From: Styela clava
Taxonomy: Eukaryota
Reading direction: 5' to 3'
Length of the DNA: 64,000 nt
NCBI RefSeq assembly: GCF_964204865.1
Contig: NC_135256.1
Location: forward strand, 16,740,001-16,804,000
Positions 51,825-64,000 of this stretch are shown in pieces (the stretch's first letter is position 1; the number at the start of each line of letters is the position of its first letter). The position numbers were made by a program, and so were the translations under genes. The notes under the pieces are model-generated. The model saw nothing but the letters and a program-made list of their open reading frames with translations, made no database searches and had not been told where the DNA came from.

Positions 51825-54800
51825 TTACCATCCATAGTACTTCTTGAACTCAGATGGAGTATTGTCCCTTTCCTTTTGGAAATACTGTTGCATGGTATGA
51901 AATATGTGCATAAAAAACAACGGAAATCGAACAGAAAAAAATCTCCACAACCCATCGCTTTTACTGTTGCGAAATACACGTTTAACATCTTTTTCATCTT
52001 CGTGAAAATGATCGTGACGGTTTCTAATGAATCTGAGCAAGTAAACGCAAAGCTTTGTTTGGAATTGTGACTTTTGCTTTTTTGGTTCTTTCATATGACT
52101 GAAAACTTTTTCGCATATGATCCGCTCACAGAATTGCTGACCCAGTAATTTTTTATCTTCGTCTGAAAGCACTAATTTTTTCAGCCAGTTGTCACTAAAG
52201 ATTGCTTCACCTCTTGCATTAATCTTTTTTATAATTCCCGACCTTTCAATTTTCGTGTTTTTTTCCACAATTGCCGGGTTGATGTAGTCGCTCACATCGC
52301 GAAGAAATATCAGTTTTCGGTCCGCGTCCCAGAAAAAAAGGATGTGAAAGAATTTGGCGAGTATCGGGACGGTCTGTTTGCCACTTGCTCAACATTTTGC
52401 TCACCAAGTCTCTTGCTATATCTGGATCCTCGTATTCAATATTGTCAATATTCAAACATTCGTATTTCTTAATATTGCTACACCAGTCAAGTTCTTCTTT
52501 TCCAAAAGCGTGATCGCCTTTTGATAAAACATAATAAAACACTAAACCGAGAGAAAAAATATCAGTTAATTTTGAAATCTTTTCTTCGTGAATGTAAAAT
52601 TCTGGAGATCCCCACCCGGGCGTACCTCTTCGGTCAGTTGATTGTGTCATTTCTTTTTTGTTCTTGCCCAATAATCTGCTGATTCCAAAATCTACCACCT
52701 TGTATGTTTTCCCATCTAGTGTCATTAAAATATTCTGAGGCTTAATGTCTCTGTGAATCAGGCCATTGTCATCAATGTGCTTCAGTCCTTCAGTGATTTG
52801 TTTCAGGGCATCTTTCGCATCAACGGAGCTAACCTCTTCATACAGAGTGTTTGTCTTGCAAATCTCCATCGCGATATACATCGAATGTAAACCTCGATAC
52901 CGAAAATAGTGGGAAGTTTTGTGAAGAATAACGTTTGGATGCGATTTAAGATCTACCATAAGCTTAGCTTCTCTAATCTCCGCTTCGGTTGCAGGCTTTT
53001 TTATATTTTCCACAATTTTGACGGCTACTTCTTCAGAATGAACCCCGTCAAGTACTCCTCTGAATACTTTGTATCCTTTTCTTAGAGGTTGATTTTCATC
53101 AAAGTAGACATTGTTATTGGCCAGTACGCCTGCAGTAATATTATATGTTAAGTTGCAATATATTACAAATTGAAGGTCGAATACGTGTTGTTTCACTTTC
53201 ATCGCGAATTATTAAACGATAAACCAATGGCATACTGACTGGGAGGGAAAAGAATAAAGATCGAGTCCAAGGTACATAAATAAATACACAACATGAAAAC
53301 AAAAGTCCCAATAGATGTTACATGTGCATGTTAATGTCAGTATATATATGTAATCAGGGAATTTCCATTATTCTTAGCCACCCAACAAAACTCGATTACA
53401 GTCATTATATCACCGTGTTTTACGGATCACTGTATTATAGGGCACACTGTTAATAAATTGCTTAGATTGGGTTTTTATTCATACATAAGGCGCACCGGGA
53501 ACTATAAGACGAACAGCGTTTAAAGTAACACCGATACTGCTGGTGCAAGCAATAAAAATAAGCCCTACTTGATTCATTAGACCAACAATCAATTCTTGAG
53601 AAGAAAGGGACTTAAAGTGTACCTTATTATCCATAAAAGACGATGCTGATATGTTTATTCAAATATCTTGCGAATCTCAACTTTATATTTAGATTATGCA
53701 ATTCTTAGGATCAGTATTGTTATTGTCTACATATTGAACTAAATAGTAAATTTTATCTAAAATTATTTCTGTTGCTAACCTTGAATATTAAAATCTTGTG
53801 GGTGGGAGCTCGTTGGTTGTTCAATCACAGATTGGTTTTCAACTGAAAATAAAAATTGAATTATCTTCGGTGGAAAATCATGAGAAAACTCATGACTAAT
53901 GTAACATATTTTCATCTTGACAAAATAATCAAGATCGTGCCTTTGAAACAAATGAATGGTTAACTATTCCCATATCTCGCAATGAACCCAGATGAAAAGT
54001 TCGTTCGCCATTTGATTATTATGCCATTTTATCGGCTTTCCTGACTATCAGAGTAATTATAAAATCGCAACTAAGTTTTATTGCTAGATTTTTTCACAGA
54101 ACACATTTTTAATTATTGTAATATATATATATATATTTCGTAATTTCTGCGTGACTAAAAGTTTAAAAAAGGCACCATTTTTAGAAAGATAACATATTAA
54201 TTTTAAACTTGTATATTATATAATGTTTTACATTCCAGGTGAAGTAATTTTAATTATAATAGCCGTAGCGACACCAATCGAATACCTTGAGTCAAATTCC
54301 TAATATTTCCGTTGACGAATGTGTTGGTGCTAAAAATATAAAAACGTCAGTTGGTTTTATAGTATACAGCAAGTTTCCACTTTATAATGTTATCATAATG
54401 CATTATGTATTTTAGGCAATCGCAAAGGCAAAAGTTTTTTGCGATATGCAAAATATATGGAAACATCAGAAATTTAAGCAAATTTTCTACCACCCTCTCT
54501 TATAAATTTATTGGCCTATGATACTCTTATCCAACACTCCAAACAACTCATGTCCATTTGTATAAAAAAAAAAATCAGTTTGGGTTTCAAACTAATAAAA
54601 ATGTTTAGATATTTTGGTGAAAATGACTTTGCTACTATCTGTGAGTGCGAATTGTTTTTAACTTCTGGATGCCATATTAGATCCTGATTTACACTCGTTT
54701 TCCGTAGTTATTTATGACGTTAATAATAGCCCCGCCGTTTTCAGCCACTTTCTTTGGTGAATTCGATGGAGAAGAAGACTTGACGATTGGCGGAGTTTCA

Positions 54801-57800
54801 TCGTTTCCTAAATATGGTGTTTATTTGTCGATTAGTAATATCAGATAAATTAATAATAATCACAAACCTTTCCGAAACCGAGCGTTACTCTCAGGGTACT
54901 GATTACCCGATGGTTGTGCACTTATAAAAAGCCAATGTGCTTCAACTATATGTTATTATTAATACTTAATCGCAGTCAGATATGTGAAGACACTGATCAT
55001 GTTGAAAAACTTTCACGAAAATATCAACAATTATAAGAACAGAAATAAATTGTTTGAATTAACAGTGAATAAATTGATATTATTATATAGCACCTGTATT
55101 TTTGAATTCTGGATTCTTTTCTCAATGAAACATTTTCACTACCTGTAACAGTCCTATAGGATATCACAATGTACCTATATTTTCAGGAAACACCCTGTAC
55201 AAGCCCAAGAAAAAGAATGCACGTGTGTTGTACTATGGTGTGTGATTTGATAGGATCAGAAATAAATGACACGCATGGCTAAACTGACCCAGGTTGCAAA
55301 ACCGCGAATTCGTTTTCAATTCTTTCTATAACCAGTTAGTACATTTCTGCAGCTTGGAAAAAGCCTCAGATGCAAAGGTATTTATTTTATGTCAGCACCA
55401 TCTGCAGAGAGGAAACGTGTAGCACACTTTTTCTCTTTAAAGCCCAGAGAAATGCTCATCTTGGTTTTAAATGCATTTAAAGTAGGCTACTCATCATTTC
55501 AGCAACAAACTTAACTCTGCTTTGCAACTCACAGTTCAAATTGCTTATGAGTAATGTCTATTAATAATGTATTGTCAATTCTAGTTGATATGTATATTCA
55601 ACATGGTACATGTTTGGATAATCACTGACCTATGTGGACATGCATAAAAAAACAAATGTCAATTAATTAACTGTTTCTACTGAAAAAGAATGTACATAGG
55701 TATGTTTGAATCGCTGACAATGTTACGTCTCGTCATTTTCTTCACAAAATGACGGTACGGAGAATTGTTCGAGACCATAAGTACCTGGTTTTTCTTGGAG
55801 GAGATCTGGTATTGCAGCTCCAGTTGCCGTATTCGTTGGTATCGACTCATCCGGATTATTGCTAATGCGGTGTTCTGAAAAAGATTTTGGGATGTGACTT
55901 TGGTATGCGATCTCAGCAGTTCTGTGATTTCAGCATTAATCTAACCTTAACTCAACAATGCCAGGGTTAGGGTTGGGACCTGAATTCTGTGAGATTGTCG
56001 TCATGAGATAAAAAGCATACCAAAGCGGAACCACAAAAGTTTACGCCTCACGGCATGATTATGTCTTGGTATGATCTCTACCCCGTCTGGCATATATATA
56101 TAAAACGATATCTTATCTTTCGTTTTTTTTTGCAAATTAACATCGAAAACAGTGACAGGAGTTTACTTGTGATCTGTCACCACTTATTTATCTATTTATT
56201 GTTTCGATTGAGTCTGATAATCATTTCAAAAGATTTCCCGTGACGTCACAAATTGAAAATTAAGGAGATCTGCAACATAACCAGGTGACATAGTCATAGT
56301 GTACCAAAATAAATTTTGCTAGACCCTGAATTCTTTTGTTGAATCCAGAGTCTTCTCTTCCGAGACACAGATTTGTGAACAAGTAAATCGTTGGTTAATC
56401 GCATCGGTTAAATATTAATGAAATGTATTTTTAATTAGATCAACTGATAATTCAAATGCTTTTGCTCATTTCAATTCACACATGTTTACAAGTACTTACC
56501 ATTTACCAACTTTTTCATTTTCAATAGCATTACTTACCACTATGTGAAATTGAATAATCAGCCGTCTTGAAAAAAATTTGTTTTTCAAAAGCTGTGATGT
56601 CACGGTATGACTATGAAAATCGTCGCCATATTATTCATACATTAATTTTAGTCCCTCGGCATGGCGTTGTAATTGATCATTGTAGCACGTTATTGTTTTC
56701 TACAGCACGCAATTGACACAACATGTCTTCCAAAACGGGTATTATAGTGTCGATGATGATAAATGTTCGTAAATTATGTCGCTCTGAATCGGTGTCTATA
56801 GAAAGCTTTTCAACAATTGCATGAGTGTTGATTATGCACATTCTCAGTATGTCGGCCGCGTCTTTTTCACACATCATCGACAAGCATTTGTACATTACGA
56901 ATGATCGAATCCACTTAGAATATCTGTAATGTTTTTCTGCTCATTGTTTTATTTGGTCTTGGGTAATTATAAATTCTGTGCAGTAATTCGCGATGCTCTC
57001 AATGACGCTGATCTGATGTTTCTGATGACATTTTATACGTAATTCGGCAATTTCTTGTAAAGTCAACCAGCAATACCATGGATCTTTCTGAATTTTTTGC
57101 AGGTCCTGTGAAGTTTCCAAAGCTAATTCGAATTGTTCATTTTGAAGCTGAGAACTTGCCCTTTCTGTAAGAAGTAAAAAATTACGGTTAGCAATGTCGA
57201 CCATTGATTAATAAAAAGATGGACGAGGTTGCTTATATAGGTAATGCAACCAACTTAAATATGAGAATTACCCATATTTCATCCTCCTAGTATTGGGCGC
57301 GACTCAGCTGTGTTGGCTTAGCAAATGTCACATTTCAGGTTCAAGTTCCATGCCCCCTCCTCGCTCAGCAATGTGGAGTAAATTTAGTTATAAGTTAATG
57401 CCGAAGCGGAAAGTTTCCCATCTCACCAAAATAATAGTAGTTACATGCATATCATTTATCATTAGATATCAATATCTGCTTGTATAGGGCCTTGTTTGGA
57501 GCGAAAACTAAACATCGTGGTATTACTGATTTTTATTCCAGTCACATAACGAGGAAATTACAACAGCCAAAAAATTGCTTCATGAACTTGAGAGGATTCT
57601 ACAGTGGAGCTGTAGCACCACAACGCAATGAATTCTTGCAGTAGTGAATTCTCGTATAAAATAGAACTACACGGTTGTGTTTCTGTTTCATTGATTTAAA
57701 GCACTTGTTGACGGGAATAAAAACAAAGAAAAACAGCAAGATATAAACCTCTAAGTTCTTTTATCAGCAATCTTTTTTTAGAGGCTTCGTCTTCAAATTC

Positions 57801-58127
57801 TGAAATAAAGCAAAATTTGCTAATATGTTTCGCCACGCGTCATGCCATAAAGAGTTAATGTTAATTGGACTCAAAATGTTGCATATTACAAGTGCCTACT
57901 TTCCTTATGCTTTAGTGTAAACTCAAATTTATAGATGCTTAGCTAGAATCTGAGATGCAAAAGCTGGAGAAATGCATCGCCGATATGTGCAACAATCATA
58001 ATTCATTGTCACGAAAATAATCACATTTATTAAAACTACGTATACATGCATTTATGCAATCGTTTGAAAACGCAAAATGTATTTTATTTTGGATATATGA
58101 AGCGTATAACTTACCAGGTTTTGACAT
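51825..58127 (-). CDS. IRE1/RNase L-family kinase + KEN endoribonuclease lacking luminal, TM and ankyrin domains (~590 aa if the 1-nt frameshift at 52333-52339 is corrected)
   Basis: Phase-consistent exons 58115-58127 (ATG, MSKP), 57749-57799, 55785-55874, 55094-55142, 54868-54920, 54693-54807, 54286-54329, 53780-53842 and 51825-53129. Kinase motifs VAVK, HRDIKPQNIL, DFG, GTPGWGSPE, DIFSLGLVFYYVLSKGDHAFG. Removing one T gives HPFFWDADRKLIFLRDVSD, then KEN motifs LLRFIRNRHDH and FFSVRFP. Confidence 0.82.
53413..53643. mobile_element. Degenerate Tc2/pogo-like MITE in kinase intron
   Basis: CCGTGTTTTACGGA left end, internal ATAAGGCGCAC motif, right end GTGTACCTTATTATCCATAAAAGACG. Confidence 0.45.
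56620..57204 (-). pseudogene. Intronless helical (TPR-like?) protein pseudogene nested in an intron of the kinase-RNase gene
   Basis: ORFs 56941-57204 and 56677-56895 are in the same frame, split by one TGA, giving ~175 codons of amphipathic-helix-like sequence. Further stops follow downstream. Confidence 0.5.
57295..57430 (+). mobile_element. Possible tRNA-derived SINE head
   Basis: A-box-like TCAGCTGTGTTGG followed by B-box-like GGTTCAAGTTCC. No intact cloverleaf. Confidence 0.3.
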
Positions 58128-60617
58128 TCCAGCTTTGTTTTGTTATGAATATATTTAAATCGGCATGTTGAGCTCGAGACTTTTTTCTATCATTAAATCT
58201 CAAAAATTCTATCTCACAGAAAACTAAACGGAGTAATTCACCAACTCAATTATTCCACACAAAGACGGAACACTTGCATTAAAAACTTTGCGAAAAGTTG
58301 GGTGTTTAAACAAAGTTTGAATGCATATGATCTCTGCAAGCATCTATTATTATTTATAGAACCAAATTATTTCCTGTCTTACATTGCCTGTCGATTATAA
58401 TATTACATTCTGAATAAATGGGAGCACAATAGAAATACATATGTTTCATTACCTTGACAACATTTGATTTTTCCATAGAACTATTCATGCTTTAACTCCA
58501 AACGAGACTCACAAACTCAGTCAAGATTATTCGAAATAAAACAATTCTGTTCGGCGCAGAGATTTGAAGGTATCGCGTGAATAAGAATATTTTATTCAAA
58601 ACATACAACTATTAAGGACAGTGACTTGTTCTGCAAAAATCACGTCCTAAATATATTAATATAAACCAGAATTACAAATAGTTTGATCTTTGTGTATTTC
58701 GAATTTCGTACATAAAGTATATATTATAATAGTAAATTTAAAATTTTATGTTTAAACACCAAAATCTGAAAACAAATTCGTTAAATTCACCATGTTCCTC
58801 AGCTGACAATAAAAAAAATTGTATGGTAACAAGAATAAGTAACGGATGAATATAAATACAATTCGGCGGTTTATCATTAGTATGTTGCACTCGCCCCTAA
58901 ATATATATCGGTTGCATCAGATTAGTTGAATAAGTTGATCAAATTAAACGACTGTTTCTTTGTCACAACAAAATGTTTTTTCTTTTTAAATGGAAGCTTT
59001 TTGCTTAACAGACATTGGTAGCAATAGTGATTTGGTAAATATCCTATTCCTATTATCCGAGAACAAGATAAAGTATTTTTTTAGTAAAGAAGACACACCA
59101 AAAGCTTTTTAACTCAAATTTTGAGGAAATGAATACAAAACAGTTTCAGTCCGATCTTTCGTGTACAACACAGACCATGAATGAAATAAAAAAAAATAAA
59201 GAACGCAAACAATGATGACGGAAAAATTGGTAGAAGGGCCAAAACCCAGAGAAAGGTTCATAGCGGATGATGTAACCAGCGTTTGTGCCCCATTCACCTA
59301 CACTCACACAAATGGAAAACACATCTCGACAATTCAACTGAAAGGAACAAATTCATAAACAGCACACATGAATACGAGAAATAAAATTCACGGGCAAAGT
59401 GTACTTGTTAAGTTGTAAATAATTTTGCTGAATTGCAAATCCCAGTAATAATATCTAGCTGCTGCTGTTTATTGGTAAACGAACAAAGCTGAGAATGAAC
59501 AACAAACATAAAAACTCGAAAAGTCGTTTAGAGCATTGCTTCTTGTGTAACAAAATTGGTTCGAATTCAGAAAATCTTCATTTAAAAATTTAATCATTTG
59601 CCTATGATGGTCAGTCATAAAATTAACTTGGTTCTGACACCAATTACCGACTCAAAATTTCCAGTATATATGCAGTTATCTCGGCTTCTCTACACTGATA
59701 TCTCAAACCAACAACTCCTCAGTTATGAAAAACTTTTTGTTTTTCTTCATAGATAACTCTTGTTTTCCAAGATCTCGGTTCACAGATGAGTAAATAACGG
59801 TCTTTACTCGCAGATACATTATGGATCACGTGCTTTTTTCATGAAATATATTGAGTCAGATCTCTCCCTGCGTTGTTGTCATTTTTGATTCCATTCCATG
59901 TTTAATCTTAATACAACCAAACTCTCTAATACCATGTGATAATATGGCCCCCACCTCATGAAGAAATTTGATTGGAACTCGGATAGACATTTTGGTAATA
60001 CTCCAATATGTGGCAAACAATCGTATTCGGCGAAATATAAAATTTAGATAACAGAATACCAAATTTCATCAAATTAATAGGTATGTTCCTCAAAGCTTCA
60101 TTAATTAAACATTTCCAACACTTAAACGTAAAGAAAATACATTTTTGAATTTTGAACTTTTGTAACTTTTTATTGGAGTCTATTAATGAATATTGTTTCA
60201 AACTATGGTTATATTACCAAATTAGAAAGAGCCTATTTATATTATGCATTATTTTCACATTGGAATAATAAAAGGAGAACAAACAATTTTGCTAAAATTG
60301 CTCTATATATGTGTTTCTACATGCACAGATCACAACGCAAGGCTGCAGGAGTTAAAATTACCCGTTGACCGAGCCGAGCCACTGGATTACACGCAGGCAG
60401 AATAGCTGAGAACTAAACTAGATAACTTGAAATGATCATGATGGCATACCGGTAATAACTATCAAGTCATCGTAGATTTTATATTATGAAGCTTCTACCA
60501 TCTAATTAAAGTAATACAACAATATTCCATATTAGTAAGCTTCTGATTGAAAAACACAAAGTCACAAATACGGCATCCATACCGTGTGAATGACATTTTT
60601 ATTATAAAATAATGTAC

Positions 60618-62138
60618 CTGTTGTTGTGGAAACTGGGGCTGTGCTTGGGTACTATAGGTTAATGTCCGTGGTAAAGGGACACGTGTTCCAGGGATGAAAT
60701 TTGACTCTGAAATTTGTGGTGCGACAACTTCATTTACATCCTAATTAGAAAAAATAAATAAAAGTCAGCTCACTATGAGGTTCCATATTCTATAAATTTA
60801 AAAAAATAAAGTAGGTATATTTTATATATTAGTGAATTTAAAATTTCATGTTCACACACAATCTAATCTAAAAAACAAATATGTACCCAACAAGTTAAGC
60901 TGACAAGACATAAAAGATTAATTGTTATATTGAAATTCGATATTATCAAAACTACAATGGAATATAATAATTCAATATCGAACCATATTGTCCACTGTAT
61001 TAACACAAAACTTACAAAGCTCTTCCAAACAATGAACCACCAATATCAAATTTTAATATGTAACAGTAATATTGACAAAAACTACAGTTAATGGGATTTG
61101 TTCTACAAATTCATTTTACCAGATGATGTTATTAATAGTTTTTAAACGTATGGTTTTACATGCGAAACCGATATAAAAATTACCGAAAATGCAGTAGACG
61201 TGGAAAAATAATTTTGATTGGTTATTTGGGTAAAACAATACCAAATAACAAAAAGTATATAATATAAGTAATAAATTGGATATCATCAAAATCTGACGGA
61301 AATTAAATGAAAAAAAAAACTTTGAATAGTCGAATTGAGTATTGAAAACCTGAATTCTCGTTAGGAAGACAAAATCAGTGGAAATGGACAATGGCGTTGC
61401 AATACTCAAATGGTTTAATTATTCAGTCTTGCATTTAGCTCAATTTTAGATAAGATGAAATTATGTAATTTGTAATTTCGCTCATCTAAATTCAAGCCAT
61501 TTTTGTTTGGTAAATAACACACAAAACTAATCTATTCAAACTTACATCATGGCCTTGTGTGGAAGGCACCATAGCCTGTGAGTCATATAATGATTCCTGG
61601 GTGGAGATTTCGTTATTCATCACCATTCCACCACTCGTCAATGGCGGGCTAGCCTGCAAGAAAATTTGAGGTTCATGTCGTTTTTACAACGCTAAATTGA
61701 TTTCAGCATAATTCTTTTTGATGTCATATAAAATTTATTTACTGAGAAATTGTCAAATGTATCGATAAACAAAAACATATCCTTTTTGGTTTAGTTTTTT
61801 TTGTGATTTTTTTATCGTTGTATATGAATATGTACCAAATTTGAAATATGTAATATTGTACTCACGTTGTAATACGAATATTAATAATAATAATAATATA
61901 GTATATATATCCAAAAAGTAGTAGATATAGCATGAGTTTTTGTGGTTTTGTTAACACTTACAGGCTCCTGTTTCATGGTGTGCATTTGTTTTAACAACCA
62001 TGAAGGGTCAAGTGGTCCTTTTTGTGGATTGGCTTGTCTAGGAGGAGGTCCAAAACGTTTAGTTTGCTTTCCACCACCACCAGTGTTGTTTCCACTGCTC
62101 TGAAATATGAATTCACCAGACTGGCGAGAAGTGCTCAT
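60618..62138 (-). CDS. Exons of an unidentified Pro/Gln/Ser/Gly-rich protein
   Basis: Three open phase-0 exons with canonical splice sites: 61962-62099 (or from ATG 62138; SSGNNTGGGGKQTKRFGPPPRQANPQKGPLDPSWLLKQMHTMKQEP), 61546-61653 and 60618-60740 (...QAQPQFPQQQ). Ends unresolved. Confidence 0.55.
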
Positions 62139-62221
62139 AGCTGCATGTTCAGCGTAATCATTTGTTTGACTGCCTACAACAGAATGTTTTATCAGTTTTA
62201 TCATTGCTTTAATATATTCTC

Positions 62222-64000
62222 GATCAAATCAATCAAGTTTTTTTTCAACCAACAAAAAATAAATAACACAGGCACAAATTACAAAAAAATAATAAAGTAC
62301 ACAATTTTACTGTGGAACGGAAGTCGCAGGGGATCCTAATGGGGGGAACTACTAGTTGCAGAATTTGTTATTAAACGAGGGAAATTATTATTGAAGTTAT
62401 TTGAGGTTTGGGCAAAAATTATAGAGCATGAACATAGCAACAATACAATAATAATATAATTTGAATACGTAAGGGAATAAACCCAGTCTTTTTTTCATTT
62501 ATCCATAGCCATTAAGTAGATGAATTTTTAATCGCTTACTGAATGTTGCAAGCGAGTTTATTAAAATATTAGACGGAAATTTTCCCCGAATTCAAATGCC
62601 TTTTGTTTTGAGCGTTTTTTTGTTAATGAAAATGAACATCGAGGCATGAAATAAGTCCTTTTTGTAACACTTCTTGTGGCACGGCTATGGATGGTTGAAA
62701 TTTTTGTAAAAAAATTTTGAAATATAGGGGGTAGCATATGATTTTCGGAGCGATACATAAATTTTGCAATTTCAGAAAGATAAATATCGTTCAGTTGTAA
62801 TACTCCACACTGCTTGTATAAGAGTGAGTTAGGAACATGCTGTGATTCTGCAGATAGCATGCAGCGAATTGCCTTGTTATACAGAATTACTAGTGGTTTT
62901 AGCGTAGTTTTATTAGTTCCTCTCCAACTTATAATGCCATATTTCAGATTGAGTATATAAATATAGTATACAATTTTTAATGCATCGATACCGAGGATTC
63001 TACGTAATTTATACAATATTCCGAGTGATTGTAAAACTTTTTTACATATGTGATCAATATGATATTTCCGTGACAAGTTCTCATCTGGGATTATACCCAA
63101 ATACTTAATACATTTTGTTCTTTCTATCTTTTTATTGTCAAATGGAACTGCCAAGTAATTTGCCTGGAACCAAAAACCACGAATTTTGTGTTTGCAAGGT
63201 TTGAAGATAATTTATTACTTTTTAGCCATAAGTTGACCATCTCCATTTTTTTATTGATCGAAATCTTCAGTTTTCCACAGCATGCAGCAGAATCAATGAG
63301 CGCGGTATCTTCTGCAAAAAGAGTCGAGTCTAACCTAGTTGCTGCTGGTAAATCATTGATATATATTGGAAATAGAAGCGGTCCCAGAGTACTTCCCTGT
63401 GGAATACCACATGTTATGTATTCGAGCGAAGAGATGCCATCGATGAATTCAATGTACTGTTGTCTCTCACTTAGATATGAGTGTAATATTTTGAGGGGTA
63501 AACCTCAGATTCCATAATGAGACATTTTACAAAGCAAAATTTCATGGTTCACACTGTCAAAAGCTTCAGCCAAGTCTAAAAATACAGCACAGGTAACTCT
63601 GCCTTTTGACAAGTTTTCAAATATTTTTCCTTTCAATTTTGTCACTGCGAGTTCGGTCGAGTAGTCATTTCGGAAACCAAATTGGGATTCATTCAGCCTA
63701 TTTGTTTTGTCAAAGTAGACTGCAAGGCGATTATACAAAAAATATTCATAAATTTTGGCACACTGAGAAAAGAGAGAAATAGGTCGGTAATTATTAGAGT
63801 CAGATTTTGTGCCTTTTTTATGAATCGGTACTACTTTTACTAATTTTATTATTTCAGGAATAAGGATAAATACCTTCCCTAAAACGTTGGTCCTCAGAAT
63901 ATGTGCTGAGTTTACGTTTTTTCTTTATCTGTTCAGGATCTAGTTTGATGTCTAGAATAAAGGATGGTTATTGAAAATTTGAAATTTGTTCCAAAATTTC
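62222..64000 (-). mobile_element. Decayed non-LTR retrotransposon (L2/Crack-like clade) ORF2 RT and 3' UTR
   Basis: NYRPIS, QFGFR..STE, FLDLAEAFDSVNH, GIPQGSTLGPLLF..YINDL, LFAEDT (degenerate FADD), KYLGI..DENLS..HI...LGILYKLR. Broken by stops and frameshifts. 3' end is an A-run plus (TTGA)n-like tail near 62222. Confidence 0.9.

Noticed and set aside
53130-53202. ORF-track start MKVKQHVFDL... for the kinase
   Set aside because: Reads through an intron; the acceptor at 53130-53131 joins in phase to upstream exons.
55094-55142. Apparent second frameshift in the kinase N-terminal exons
   Set aside because: Resolved by the 53-nt exon 54868-54920, which restores phase.
1-64000. CRISPR arrays, rRNA or prokaryotic operons
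   Set aside because: None seen; the sequence is intron-containing eukaryotic DNA with no regularly spaced repeat-spacer array.

Overview
AT-rich eukaryotic (metazoan) genomic DNA with short GT-AG introns. The gene style and repeats would fit an invertebrate chordate such as an ascidian, but the sequence alone does not prove this. Almost all genes are on the minus strand and are spliced, so the ORF track shows only fragments; I reconstructed exon chains by hand using splice signals and phase continuity. Genes left to right: a partial type II membrane-protein gene (+); a type II C-type-lectin (NK-receptor-like) gene with an apparent frameshift in its TM exon; a 7-exon MS4A/CD20-like tetraspan gene; intronless SF3A3; three tandem paralogous type I transmembrane CAP/SCP (GLIPR1/PI16-like) genes with Pro/Tyr-motif cytoplasmic tails; and an IRE1/RNase L-type kinase-KEN ribonuclease. 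That last gene has no signal peptide, luminal domain, TM helix or ankyrin repeats, carries an Asn-rich beta-prone motif in a disordered N-terminus, and has a 1-nt homopolymer frameshift at HPFFW. Also present: a nested intronless pseudogene, a 1.3-kb apparently exact tandem duplication, exons of a further low-complexity gene, a decayed L2/Crack-type LINE, Gypsy integrase remnants, and many non-autonomous DNA elements (hAT, Tc2/pogo-like, Helentron-like, a 6-bp-TSD MITE). The best candidates for new biology are the cytosolic kinase-RNase and the transmembrane CAP receptor cluster.
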